Source: Lama glama
Lineage: Eukaryota
DNA length: 64,000 nucleotides
Assembly (NCBI GenBank): GCA_028534125.1
Contig: CM052851.1
Coordinates: 1,178,001-1,242,000, forward strand
Direction of reading: 5' to 3'
Below the pieces are notes generated by a model. That model searched no databases. It worked only from the letters and a program-made list of their open reading frames with translations, and was not told where the DNA came from. Shown one piece after another: positions 1 through 10,510 of this stretch (position 1 is the stretch's first letter; every line of letters starts with the position of its first letter). Made by a program: the position numbers and the translations under genes.

Positions 1-134
1 CGGCCCAGGGCGTGCCAGGCTGCCTGCTGCGGACCATAGGTCCCTGTTTGCCTCCTTGCAGAAAGTGGGTTCCTGGATTAGTGGGACTGAAAACTGTGCT
101 GAGGGGGACGTTTTTTCTCCCCACTTTCCGACAG

Positions 135-208
135 GTTCCAACAGGAAGAGGGATCACAGAAACATCAGGGTGAAGAAACCAGACTACAAGGTGGCCTACG
201 TGCAGCTG
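135..208 (+). CDS. MRPL23: MRPL23 (mitochondrial ribosomal protein uL23m), penultimate coding exon, 74 bp
   Basis: Encodes (G)[24 protein letters not shown], the L23 KK-YK-AYV-L motif matching mammalian MRPL23. Flanked by a polypyrimidine tract with CAG acceptor (132-134) and a GTGAGT donor (209-214). Confidence 0.96.
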
Positions 209-933
209 GTGAGTGGCTGCGGAGGCCCGAGTCCTGGCGAGGCTCACCCCGACCGCAGCCTGGGGGCGGGGACAGGGCCCCGGGGCCCTGGGCTGCCGCT
301 TTGTTCTAGTCCATGTGGAACCCCCGGGGAGCTGGGGCTGGGAGCACAGAACCCCTGGTGGGGGCAGGCCCTGGGGAGCTCCTCCGGGACCAGCCATGCT
401 GTGCTTTGAGCCGCCCTGAACATGCCGTGGGCGAAGGCAGGCCCGCTGGGCCCTGGGTGTGGGGTTGGGACAGAAAGCAGAGGCGGTCAGTGCCTGGATG
501 CCGTGGGGGCGGAAGTTGCTGCAGGGGCCTTGGTCTCAGCCCGGACCGGCGAGGGTGTCCTGGGCCCTGGCTGACCTCCCCGCCGGACGGGAGTTTGGGG
601 CACAGCACAGCCAGTAGGTCCTCTTGACCGTGTGCCCTGCCTGAGCCTTTGCTGACCAAACTCAGAGCTGTCTAGAGTAAGACCCGGCTTCAAAGCCCCT
701 TTTCCGGGCTCCTCCTTTCCAGCCCCGGGTGACCCCTGACACGCTCTCTGCTGTGCTCTTGACCCAGAGTCGACGGCCTGGCCCCAGCACTGAGGCCCTG
801 TGGGCTCCAGGCGGGCTTCCGCTGATGGGGCAGGTGACCTTGGGCCTCAGGCGTCGCCAGGAGTCTAGCCGGGTTGGGGGTGGGGAGGATTTGCTCTAGT
901 TTCGGGTAAACAGCCCGAGCCCGAGCCGGCCGG

Positions 934-947
934 CCGCTAGATGGCAG
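934..947 (+). promoter_or_regulatory. Candidate CTCF site in the last MRPL23 intron (downstream anchor of the H19 domain)
   Basis: CCGCTAGATGGCAG closely matches the CTCF core. CTCF sites near MRPL23 are known in human and mouse. Confidence 0.6.
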
Positions 948-3095
948 TAGAGCTATTGCAAACCGGCCGGCATGGCGGGCTGGCCCTGGGGCTGGGGAGG
1001 CAGTTTGCTGGGAGCCCAAGTTCACATGACAGTTTTTCTGGAAAACAGTCACAGTTGTTCTCAACTGGGCCCCCCCCCAATTATTTGGCCTAATATTTGC
1101 TGCACATAGAGTCGGCCAATCCAGGCCGAGAGCACGGCCGTTCGCCTTATAAAGACGCCTGTGTCCCTCGTGCCGGCAGGCCATCTGTCTTTGTCGCGGC
1201 ATTCGCCACCAGCCCTTCGGCAGGAGCTATAGTTACCGGTGGCTTTTGAGTCATCTGAGCCCTGGCGTTTCCCGGGCCCCACCCCGCCCTGGAAGCCGAG
1301 CTTTGGGCCTGGGATCTAGTGTCTGCAGCTGCCACTCGGCTGCCCCCCCTGTGAAATCGAGGCGGCACAACTGGGGCACACAGCGTCCCTGCCGGGCATG
1401 CTTCCCTCCGCTTCGAAATTAAATTTGTAACGGACCCCCCCCCAACTTCCCGCCTGGCTGCAGCAGACTTTTGCCTGGAAACCAGCCGGGAGGTTAGGCC
1501 CTTGCCCCCCGAAGGGGTCCCTTCTCTGTGCCCCATCTCAACACACCTCTCTGTGTGCCCCTCGGGGCCCCGTTCCGTTCCGGACTTCTGATCACAGAGG
1601 TGATCGTAAAGCCCTCGGAGGGTCGATGGGAAAGACAGCTAAATTCCCCAAGTTGTCTGGGGTAGGCAGCGCACGCGGTGGGGGTCCCCGGTTCCCGCCG
1701 CCCAGAGTCTCGCCAGCCTCAGTCGCCCGCACTGCCGAGATCCTCGGGTCGCGGGCTGCACGGAGCCTGCTGGTGACCCAGGTCCACTGTCCCTGGGGCT
1801 GGGCTCTCCACTTCCCATCGTGACACTGTCCTCCCTTCCCGTCCTTTTCCTTTTCTGATCAGCTTTGGGAGGATGAGGGCTTTGTTTTCGAAAGCAAGAG
1901 GTGCAGGTCTCCGGAGAGGGAGCCTTGGAGGCCCCGCCCGCACCTGCACGTGGCCCTCGCCTCCGTAAGAAGCGAGGGGTTTCGCCAGCGTCCTCCGTTT
2001 TTGTGGCTCGCCATCTTTGTATTTGTATCTCAGAGTGTCGCTTCGGGTCTCCCCCACCTCAGAAGACTAGCAGAATCACCTCAGTACATAAAGCATAACC
2101 CCCCATTCTGGGCAGTCAGCCCTGCATGTAAACTATTGCCCTTTGGTGTTTTGAAAAAGGAGGAAAAAGAGTTTTGAAGCGTGTGAGCAAGTCCTCCCGC
2201 AGGCCGGCTACCGAGCACACAGCCGCTGCCTTTCATCACGCGGGGCCTGCGCGCCGCGCCACGTGACCAGGATTTATAAGCCTTCCACTCAGGGCGGAGT
2301 ATGTGGGCTGCTTCAGGTCATACTTGGCCGCCTGCCCAAATCCAAATTTCTTTACAAAACAAGGGTCTCTGAGAACCAAGCGCCCTTCACTGACTTTGCT
2401 TATTAAAACTTTCCAGGTCGGGGTGCTGTCCTCCGCCCCGCCCGTCTGAGCACAGGGGCCGTGTCCCCCACCCCAGCCCCCCATCTCTGGGACTGTTCGG
2501 GATGTGATGTGTCACACGTGGAGGTGGGACTTCACCTCGTGTTCGGGCCCCGGGAAGGAGCGTGGGCCTGGCGGGGACCCCGGCCACGCATGGGGCCGGC
2601 GCTGGCGCTTGGCCGACACTCGCATTCTGAGCTTTGAGCGAGAGATGTAAGCAAAGCTGGTCTTGATTTATAGACTGCTGCACACGCATGTTTCTCTGTG
2701 CGTTACATGAGTTTTATTTGCCGAGCTCTGAGCCAGGGGGAGGGGTGGTCTTTAATGTAGGCAGAGGCCGTTAGGTATTTTGGGTGGAGAGGGTTCCAGC
2801 GAGGCACCAGACGTCATTTGTGCCATGTTTCCTCGCGCCTGCCCCAGTCCGGCCGGGCTGCTCCCCGCCGCCCCGTGTGAAGTGCTGACCTCGGTGAGGG
2901 GGGCATTGTCTCCGCCGCTGGCGTTCCCACTGCACCTGGGCTGCTGGCCGGGCGCCCTCCCTGCAGGCGAGGGGCAGGAGGATCCTGTCTGTCCTTGCTC
3001 CTCTTGGGAAGTGTGGCTCCACGTGGCGGCCCGTGGATGTACCCGCGGGAGCCCCAGGCCACCCTCTGGGCTGAGCCTTCATCCTTCCTCCCCAG

Positions 3096-3263
3096 GCACA
3101 TGGACAGACCTTCACGTTCCCAGATCTGTTTCCTGAGAAGAAGAGCCCTGAGGGCAGTTCTGGGGACCATGATGACATCAGGGACCAGCTCCTGGAGGAC
3201 CAGCGGCAGAGGCAGATCCCCGACCCCCGGCGCGGGGGCGTCCCCAGCTGGTTCGGCCTGTGA
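3096..3263 (+). CDS. MRPL23: MRPL23 last coding exon
   Basis: Acceptor ttcctccccag|GCA, in phase with the previous exon. Encodes [55 protein letters not shown], the typical MRPL23 C-terminus ending [12 protein letters not shown] at 3261-3263. Confidence 0.96.
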   Translation, partial: AHGQTFTFPDLFPEKKSPEGSSGDHDDIRDQLLEDQRQRQIPDPRRGGVPSWFGL

Positions 3264-3290
3264 CGGGCAACCGTGACATGTGAAAGTTCG

Positions 3291-3296
3291 AATAAA
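3291..3296 (+). terminator. MRPL23 polyadenylation signal
   Basis: AATAAA 27 nt after the stop codon, with a GT-rich tract (gctgtgtgtg) further downstream. Confidence 0.85.
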
Positions 3297-6074
3297 AATG
3301 CCGCTTATGCAGAACTGGCCCCGGCTGTGTGTGCTCGCCCCCGTGCCCTGCCGCCCACGACAGCTGCCTCTACTGAAGCCACTGTGCACCGTGCAGGGGC
3401 CCGAGTGGACCGTGGGGGCCGATGGGCCTGCAAGGCGGGCAGGCCGGAGCCCCCTTGCAGTGGGGCAGGGAGACAGGCCTGTGCAAGGCCGCCAGGAGGT
3501 GACCCTGAGCAGTTCCGCTTAAAGGCTTGAGTTGGGGTGGCAAGTTGAGGGGGTTAGAGTGACGCTGAGAACAGGGGCCCTGGGAGCCCATCCAGGCTGA
3601 GGGTCCACTTTGGCACAGTTGGTGGTCTGGAGGGGGAGGGATCCAAAGGAAATGGTATTCAGGAGACTAATCCAGGGGGAGGCTGTGGAGCAGGAGGCAG
3701 GAAACAGACCAGATCTGGAAAGACTGCTGGTCTGAAGTCTTGAAGATAGGAAACAGAGGGTGGTCAGGGGGCATCAGCGCTGGGGGAGGGCCGTCGGAAG
3801 GGAGGGCGTCTGGTGGCGGGGGTGGAGGTGGCCGCGGCCCCAGGGGTCGTCTCTGAGTCAGGCTCTGCACTAAAGGTCCCCCAGTCCCCAAGAAGCTGGC
3901 GCAGCGTGGACCCAGCCCAGCCCATCTCCGTGTCTGCGAGGGGTCCTGATACTGAGAGCTCGGGCCCGAGATCGGGAGCACCAAGAGGGCCTGGTCAGCG
4001 TGCTCGATGGCCTAGGCCACGGTGATCCTGGGCTGGGATGCAGCACCGCAGGGAGCCTGGGGACTCCCAGGCCCTGAACGCCGTTCTGGAGCCTTGGCAC
4101 TGAGGGCCGCCTCCGGGGCCTCACGAGGGGCGCCAGAGCGTGGAGCTGGCTGGGCCACCCCCTCCACCCGAGGGGCCCAACACCAGGCCTGTGGGCCTTT
4201 GAAGCTCCCTTGGCCTGGAGGGTGACGGTTCGGGCAAACTCCACCCCACAGCCTTGATTTAAGTGACGGGGAGTTTCGGGAAGGAGGTGGGAGTGGGGCC
4301 AGTGGTATTTTCCTTAGAGAAATAATTCATGGGGCCCGCGGCCCCGAGGACCCCGACTCAAGGCCAGGAGAGAGATCTCACTGTTCATCTGCCACACGTC
4401 CCCCAGACTCCCCCAGACGGCCCCCGTGCCTCTGCCGGCCTCGGCCTTCGGACCCTCCCCGCCCACTGGCCCTCCACTGCCCTGCCTGGGCCCCCAGCGC
4501 CCCCACAGCAAGGGTGTCTGCTGGTCACTGCTGGGGAGGAGGGGGGCCAGTGGCAGCATCCTGACCCCTCAGCCCCCCAGGGCTGTGGTCTCAGAGAAGC
4601 TCCAAGACAGGGCTGGTGGGAGGGGAGGCAGAGCCGGGAGCACAGGGCAGGGGAAGGGGTTGTCTTGCAGGACGCCCAGGAACAGGCAGTGGGCCTGCGG
4701 CTGGGGGACTGCCACCCCCACCCCAAGGCACGGAGCTGCTTGACACCCCTAATGCCCAGAAGGCCTCTGCCCCCACAGCTGTCTTCCCTGAGACTTCGAC
4801 TCCCCCTCCATGGACTTCTGGGAGGTGGCGGTCCTGGCTTCCAGTCCCAGCAGCCTCGTCCCCGCTGCACCCCGGGGCATGGGGACCGGAGAAGGGGGCT
4901 CCATCCTCCCCACTGAAGCCTGGCCAGCACCTCCTCTCCACCCCACAGCCTGTCCTCTCCTGCAGGGACAGGGATTGCCCATGGGCCTGGCTTTGCTGGG
5001 CAGCCTCACGTGGGGCTGGGCACAGGGGAGGGTCCTGACCCAGTGGGCTTGCGGCTCCCTTCCCTGCAGGGACAGTCCTGTGGGGAAGCCCCCGGGCCAG
5101 TGCTCAAGGGAAAGTAAATGGCCCAAGGGGGCAAGTCAGAGGCCACAGCACTGCCCCCTGGAGCCCCCCGTCATCCGTACGGTCACGAGTCAAGGCGCGG
5201 GGGAACGTGAGGCCCAGGGTGCAGCCGGCGGAGCCTGTGAGGGGAACGGCTGGGGGCTGGGGCCAGCCAGCCGCCTTCCCGGCCCCTTGGGGTTGCGCCC
5301 AGCCCTGCTTGGAGCCGGCGGGCCTGTGCCGGTGAGTTATAACTGCAGCAGGCCTGGCCTGTGGCCCCTGGGGACACATCCCAGACCCCCCAGCAGCCCC
5401 AGGTGAGGCCTCGCCGCCAGGGCCTCCGGGATGGAGCGGAAACCCATCTGGCCAAAGCCTCTCCATCCGCGTCTGGTTTTCCTCTTCAAGGGCCAGAAAG
5501 TCTCCCCGGGGCTGCATCGCGCTGTCATCTCTACTCCAAGCCATTGCTTAAGTAACTGACTGCAGGTGCCCCACCGCCTGGCCGGGCCCCTCTGCTGGGG
5601 GGAGACCCACTCATTTCTGTGGCCGGGACCGACCCCCGGCTGAGTTGCAGGTCACTGCCTACTGGGGGCCCCTGTCTTCTGGCCTCTGCGCACCCTCCCC
5701 GGCAGCCCTAGCAGGGGGCCTGGGCCCAGGGACACAGTGCTTCCTCCCACCCCCCCACCCAGGTCTTAAAACACAGAGGAACCTGAAGAAATCAGGGATC
5801 CCCGCCCCACTCCAGACTCTCATGGGACCCTAACCCTGGGAGTGAACGAGCGAGCGAGCGTGCGTGAGGATAACCGGTGACCCCGAAGCCCGGCTCGTCA
5901 GCTGGGCCACACAGGAGCCCCCCGCCGTCCTGTCCCGGGAGTTTGAGGCAGGGAGGGGGGGTCCGGGTGAGGCCCAGGCACCTCTGGCACCAGCCGCTGC
6001 TCTCGCTGGAGCTGGCGGCCGCCGGTCCTGACTTCACACAGGGCAGAAGAGCTGGTCGAGGGGCATTCTTTCCT

Positions 6075-6490
6075 GTTTTCAGACAGCTTTATTGGGATAC
6101 AGTTCACATGGCCGACCATCCCCATTGCACACGTGCCTTTCGGTGTGTCAGTATTTCTGAGGTTGTCTATCTCTACAGTCAATCTTAGAGCATGTCCTTG
6201 TCCCCCGTACGGCCCCCGCACCTGACTGCCAGCACTCGCCACCCCTGCTCCCCGCCCTGCCCCCGCCACCCCCAGGCTGCTTTCTGGCTCTGGATCTGCC
6301 TGCTCTGGGCATGCCGCGGTGCTGGGGTCTGCAGCGTGTGGCAGTCAGTGCCTGGCTTCTGTCACTCAGCGTCATGCCCTCCAGGTCCACCCGGGCTGCA
6401 GCCCGTATCAGGATGTCCTTCCTTTTTAAGGTTGAGTAATACTCCATTGCGTGCACGGGCCGCATGCTGTGTATCTGTCTGTCTGTGGAC
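6075..6490 (-). mobile_element. Old LINE-1 (L1M-type) 3' fragment
   Basis: Minus-strand translation MEYYSTLKRKDILIRAAARVDLEGMTLSDRSQ resembles the L1 ORF2p C-terminus (MEYYSAIK..WMDLE.IMLSE.SQ), followed by L1M 3'UTR-like sequence. Confidence 0.8.
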
Positions 6491-9400
6491 AATGCTTGGC
6501 ATGTGTGTTATCATCGCTTGGGGAGGCCCGGTGCTTAGTCTGGAATGTCTCATGTGCGGCCGGTGCTGCCTCATCACCACAAGGGTGTTTATCAGTCCCT
6601 GAAAGTCCCTGAAGGCTCTGGAGAGATGGAGCCATGTCCACAGACCGTCCCCACTTCTGGGGCCCCAATGGGGACGCCACCCGTGGTTGGCTCCTGCAGG
6701 GCCCCGGGAGCTCTGCTGGAGTCAGTGTCAGGCTGGGGTTGGGGGCTTCTCTTCTGTGAGGCTGGCACAGGAAGGAGGCCTTCAGCCCCAGGAACCCCCT
6801 CACCTTCCCTAGATGCTGCACCCCAGGTCCCAAGGAGACTCAGCTCTGTCCCTGGGACATCCTCTTCCCAGACGTGGGGGCCAGCACGCATGTACACGGC
6901 TCCCCAAGTCGCCGTGTGTGTGGGTGCCTGTCCCATCTTTGTCACTGACTCTGAGTCCTGTCAGGACAAAGGTCTCCGTCCCTCCCAGAGCTGGGGGGGT
7001 GCCCCCACCTCAGGGAAGCCCTTGCATTTCAACCAGCGCCCTGCTCTGGCCTCCCCGGCCCAGCCTAGAGCCATGGTCTCCCTCCCAGGTTCTGACCCAT
7101 CCAGCCCGGAGGAAGCTGCGACCCTCCAAGGCTTGGCCTGGCTACCCCGAGGCAGACTCAGGGACACCAGGGCTACTAGCCAAGCATCAGCCAGGACCGC
7201 TCCCCTGTGGGCCAGCACCTGCCCTGCTCCTTCCCGACTGAGACTGTCCCCAGCACCAGTCCCCACAAATCACTTCATTCTTTCTTTGTAAATAGGGCTT
7301 TGCCTAGTCAAAATAAACAGCGTTTTTTTTTTGACTGGTCCCACATCTGGCTTTGATCAGCCGCTGCCTCCTGGTTTTGGGGGGGGGGGTGCAGCCCTGA
7401 TGCTATGGCGCTATGGCGAGGAGACCCCTGTCCTCACTGGGCACAGTGCACTCCTGTCTGGGCCTGGCTCTGTAGGCTGCATCCCTGGTTCTGCCTTTGC
7501 AGGGTTGGGTCCTAGGGGCTCCCCCCATGGCTAGATACTCCCCCCCGCCAGGCTCCCCTAGCCTCCACAGGGGCCCGGCAGACACAGGGCGTGAGAGTCA
7601 CCTGGCTGGTGTTCCTCCCCCTCCCATGGGGGCACTCACATCTCCATCAGGGGCCAGAACCCAGTGTCTTCCCACAGCCCTCAGGGCTCTCCCAAGAGTG
7701 TCCCGGAGCACAGTCCTGGTTGGGGTCCCCAGCAGGCCGCCTGCAGGCCGAGGTCAGCCCCTCCTTCCTCCGGCCCGCTCCTCTGGGTGTCCTGTCCCTC
7801 TGAGTCCTGGAAGGCCGCTTCCCTGCCCCCGACCCTCTGGCCTAAAGCTGGGGTCCTGGGCCGGGTCCTTGGGCACTAAAGCCAGAGCAGAGAGGGAGGC
7901 GCTGCCCCGGTGCCCAGGGCTCTGCTATTTGGACAGGTTTGGAAGGGCTCCAGTGCGCCCACGATCAGCACCCAGCATGTCTGTGAGTTTGTGCCAGTGC
8001 GTGGGGGGCGCCTCCCGCCGCCCCCTCCAGATGGGCACATGTGAGCAGCTTTCCAGGACACGGAGGCGGGTGCCCTGGGCTGTCCACCGCGCTGTTCCTG
8101 TGACATTCTTTCTGGCCACTGGGTGACAAACATCGGGACAGTGGGCGCAGGGAAGACCCCCGCCGGCAGAAGTGTGCCCGCTTATGGCTGAGGGGGGCCT
8201 GAGGGTACTCCTGAGGGACCTCGGGAGACCACTGAGAGGGGCTGGGCCTCTGAGTCCCCTCGCGGCGGGACGGCGCCTCCCAGTAGCCTGCGGGTGGGGA
8301 CAGGGCAGGGGAGCCACGTCCCCATAAGCAGCACAAGGAGCTGGCCTTCTCACGCCTTGTCACACCTTCCCTCTGGGGGGTGTTTGGGATTCCGACAGCC
8401 CCAAGAGCTGATGTTCGCTGCCAGGTCCTCCCTGGGACTTCCCCGGCAGCCAGGGCCCTAAATAATTCTTATAAAAACCATGTCAGCCCCAAACTGTGTG
8501 GTACCTGATTTGTAGCCCTAATAAAACCCCATGCCTGCTGGTCAGAAGGGCGGGGGTGTGAGCTGGGCACTGCAGAGCCTCACGTCCGGCTGGTGCATGT
8601 GCACACGTGTGTGTATGTGTGAGTGTGTGAGCGGTGCCCGGAGGGAGCTGGGGTCCCGCAGCTCTAGGGACCCCCACCTCGGTTCGTGGCTCCACCGGCC
8701 CCCGCCATAGGCACCCTCCACCCTGCTCCCTGCAGCCAGAGGTGTCACAGGCCTCAGCGGCAGGTCATCCTCGCCGTACAGAGCGGCTGGCGGCGGGGTG
8801 CAGCCCCTTCCTGCCGGGCGACCATGGGGAGGGACCTGGCGGCTGGGAGACCAGGTTCTGCTGACCAGCGTGCCTGCCGAGCGGAAGGCCGGGGTGCCCG
8901 GAGAGGGACGCCTTGGGCCACCTGAGCACACACAGCCCAGCCGTGCTCAGGATCTGGCCCCCAAGCCGAGTGGCAGGGTCAGTGCCCCTGGCCCTCAGGG
9001 TGGGGCCACAGCTTGTCCTTCTCTGGGGGCTCCAAGCTGGCCCCACTGATGAGCAGTAGGGGGCCCCCCTTTGAACATCAGTCCTGGGAGGTGCCCAGGA
9101 GACCCCGGGACGCCTGGCCTGGCCACATCGAGCCCTGACACCCCTAAGAACACCCTCCTGCCCCCTGAGCGTGACCGTGAGCCCACAGCACCCAGCTCAG
9201 TGTGTCCAGGGGCACTGGGTGGGGCGTGGCCACTGACAAGCTGGTCATTGAAGGCCAGATTCAAGGGCCTGCAAAACACGCTCATTAGATCTAGAGGCCG
9301 GCCGGAGCGGGCAAGGGGTGCAGGTGGGCGCCGGGGCCCAGGCCATGGCAGGCAGGGTGGCAGGTGGCCTTCCGAGGCTGTCCCGCAGTGTTTTCTGAAG

Positions 9401-10339
9401 CCAGAGCACCGAGTGATGGCAGGCCATGGGGACCTCAGACATGAGAGGCCCATCTGGGGATTTAGGGGGACACAGGCACCCCACTACCCCGCTCTTAGTG
9501 GCCAGCAGACAATGGCCAGCACCTGGGCAGGGGGCTTCTCACTGCTCTGGGGTGTCGTGAAAGGCCTGGAGCCCCCCTGCCCAGCCCAAGTCTCTGTCCC
9601 CATGGCTGTCTGTGACCACGCCCTGCCACCTGTGCGGCCTGCCACAGCCTGTGTCCCTGCTGGGCGTGGCGCCCTGGTCCAGGGTGAGCTCCCTCACACA
9701 CCAGGGTGGAAAGTCTCATGGGGCGTCTAGCCCATGGGACTGTCCAGGCCGGAGGGCATTGCCGGAAGTGGGCCCCTCGTCACTGCCAGGTGTGTCATGT
9801 CGACCCACATCCTTGGAAGTGCCTCCAGTCCTGCTGGTCTAGGTTAGAAACCTTCCCTCATCAGGCCCCCGACCATGGAGGGGACAGTGGCAAGGCCAGC
9901 AGGTGGCCAGCAATTCCAGGGAGTCTCTGCTCATCCAGACCCTGGGCAGGCGTAGCTGAGTGTGTGAGTCCCGAGCCCTGAGGCTCTGGCCTCTTGTCCC
10001 CAGGGCCCAGGAACAGGAGGTCCCCCCGCCAGGACCCTGGGGCGCCCTGGGGCGTGGCCACACTGGGCTGGTCCCGGGCCCCCTGGAAGAGGCAGCACAG
10101 TTCCAGAAAGCGCCTCCCCCAAATAAGAACGAGACCCAAGGCCTGGGGGCCCGTCCTGAAGGAGGCCAGTGGTGTCAGGACCAGCGGCCGCTCCCATCCT
10201 GGCCTGTCCTCACCTCCAGAACATCCCCTGCTTGTCCCGGCCCCCAGGCTCACCCCGGCTAAATCCGCCTGGGCCCCTCGGCTGGTACAAGACAGGAAAA
10301 CTGTGTGTTCCGAGCCTCCTTTGGGGCTTAGAGAGTGAG

Positions 10340-10510
10340 GGGAGCCGGCAGCTGCCCAGGGAGAGTGATGAGCGATGTCCTTTATCTGAAAATATCGTGT
10401 TGCCCGCCTGGAAGCCGGGGGGCCCGCGTGCCAGCCCTCCTGACTCCTGCTAAAACCGAAATAGCTTTGGGAGGTGGGACACAGCTGTGCGCATCGGTCA
10501 CAATGGCCCC
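10340..10510. promoter_or_regulatory. Candidate skeletal-muscle (mesodermal) H19/IGF2 enhancer
   Basis: Two RCAGCTGY myogenic E-boxes (10349-10354, 10482-10487) flank AT-rich MEF2-like segments. Lies about 26 kb downstream of the H19 TSS, the region that holds muscle enhancers in mouse. Confidence 0.35.

Noticed and set aside
56-409. 117-aa ORF as a stand-alone gene
   Set aside because: Only 135-208 is coding (an MRPL23 exon). The rest is intronic read-through.
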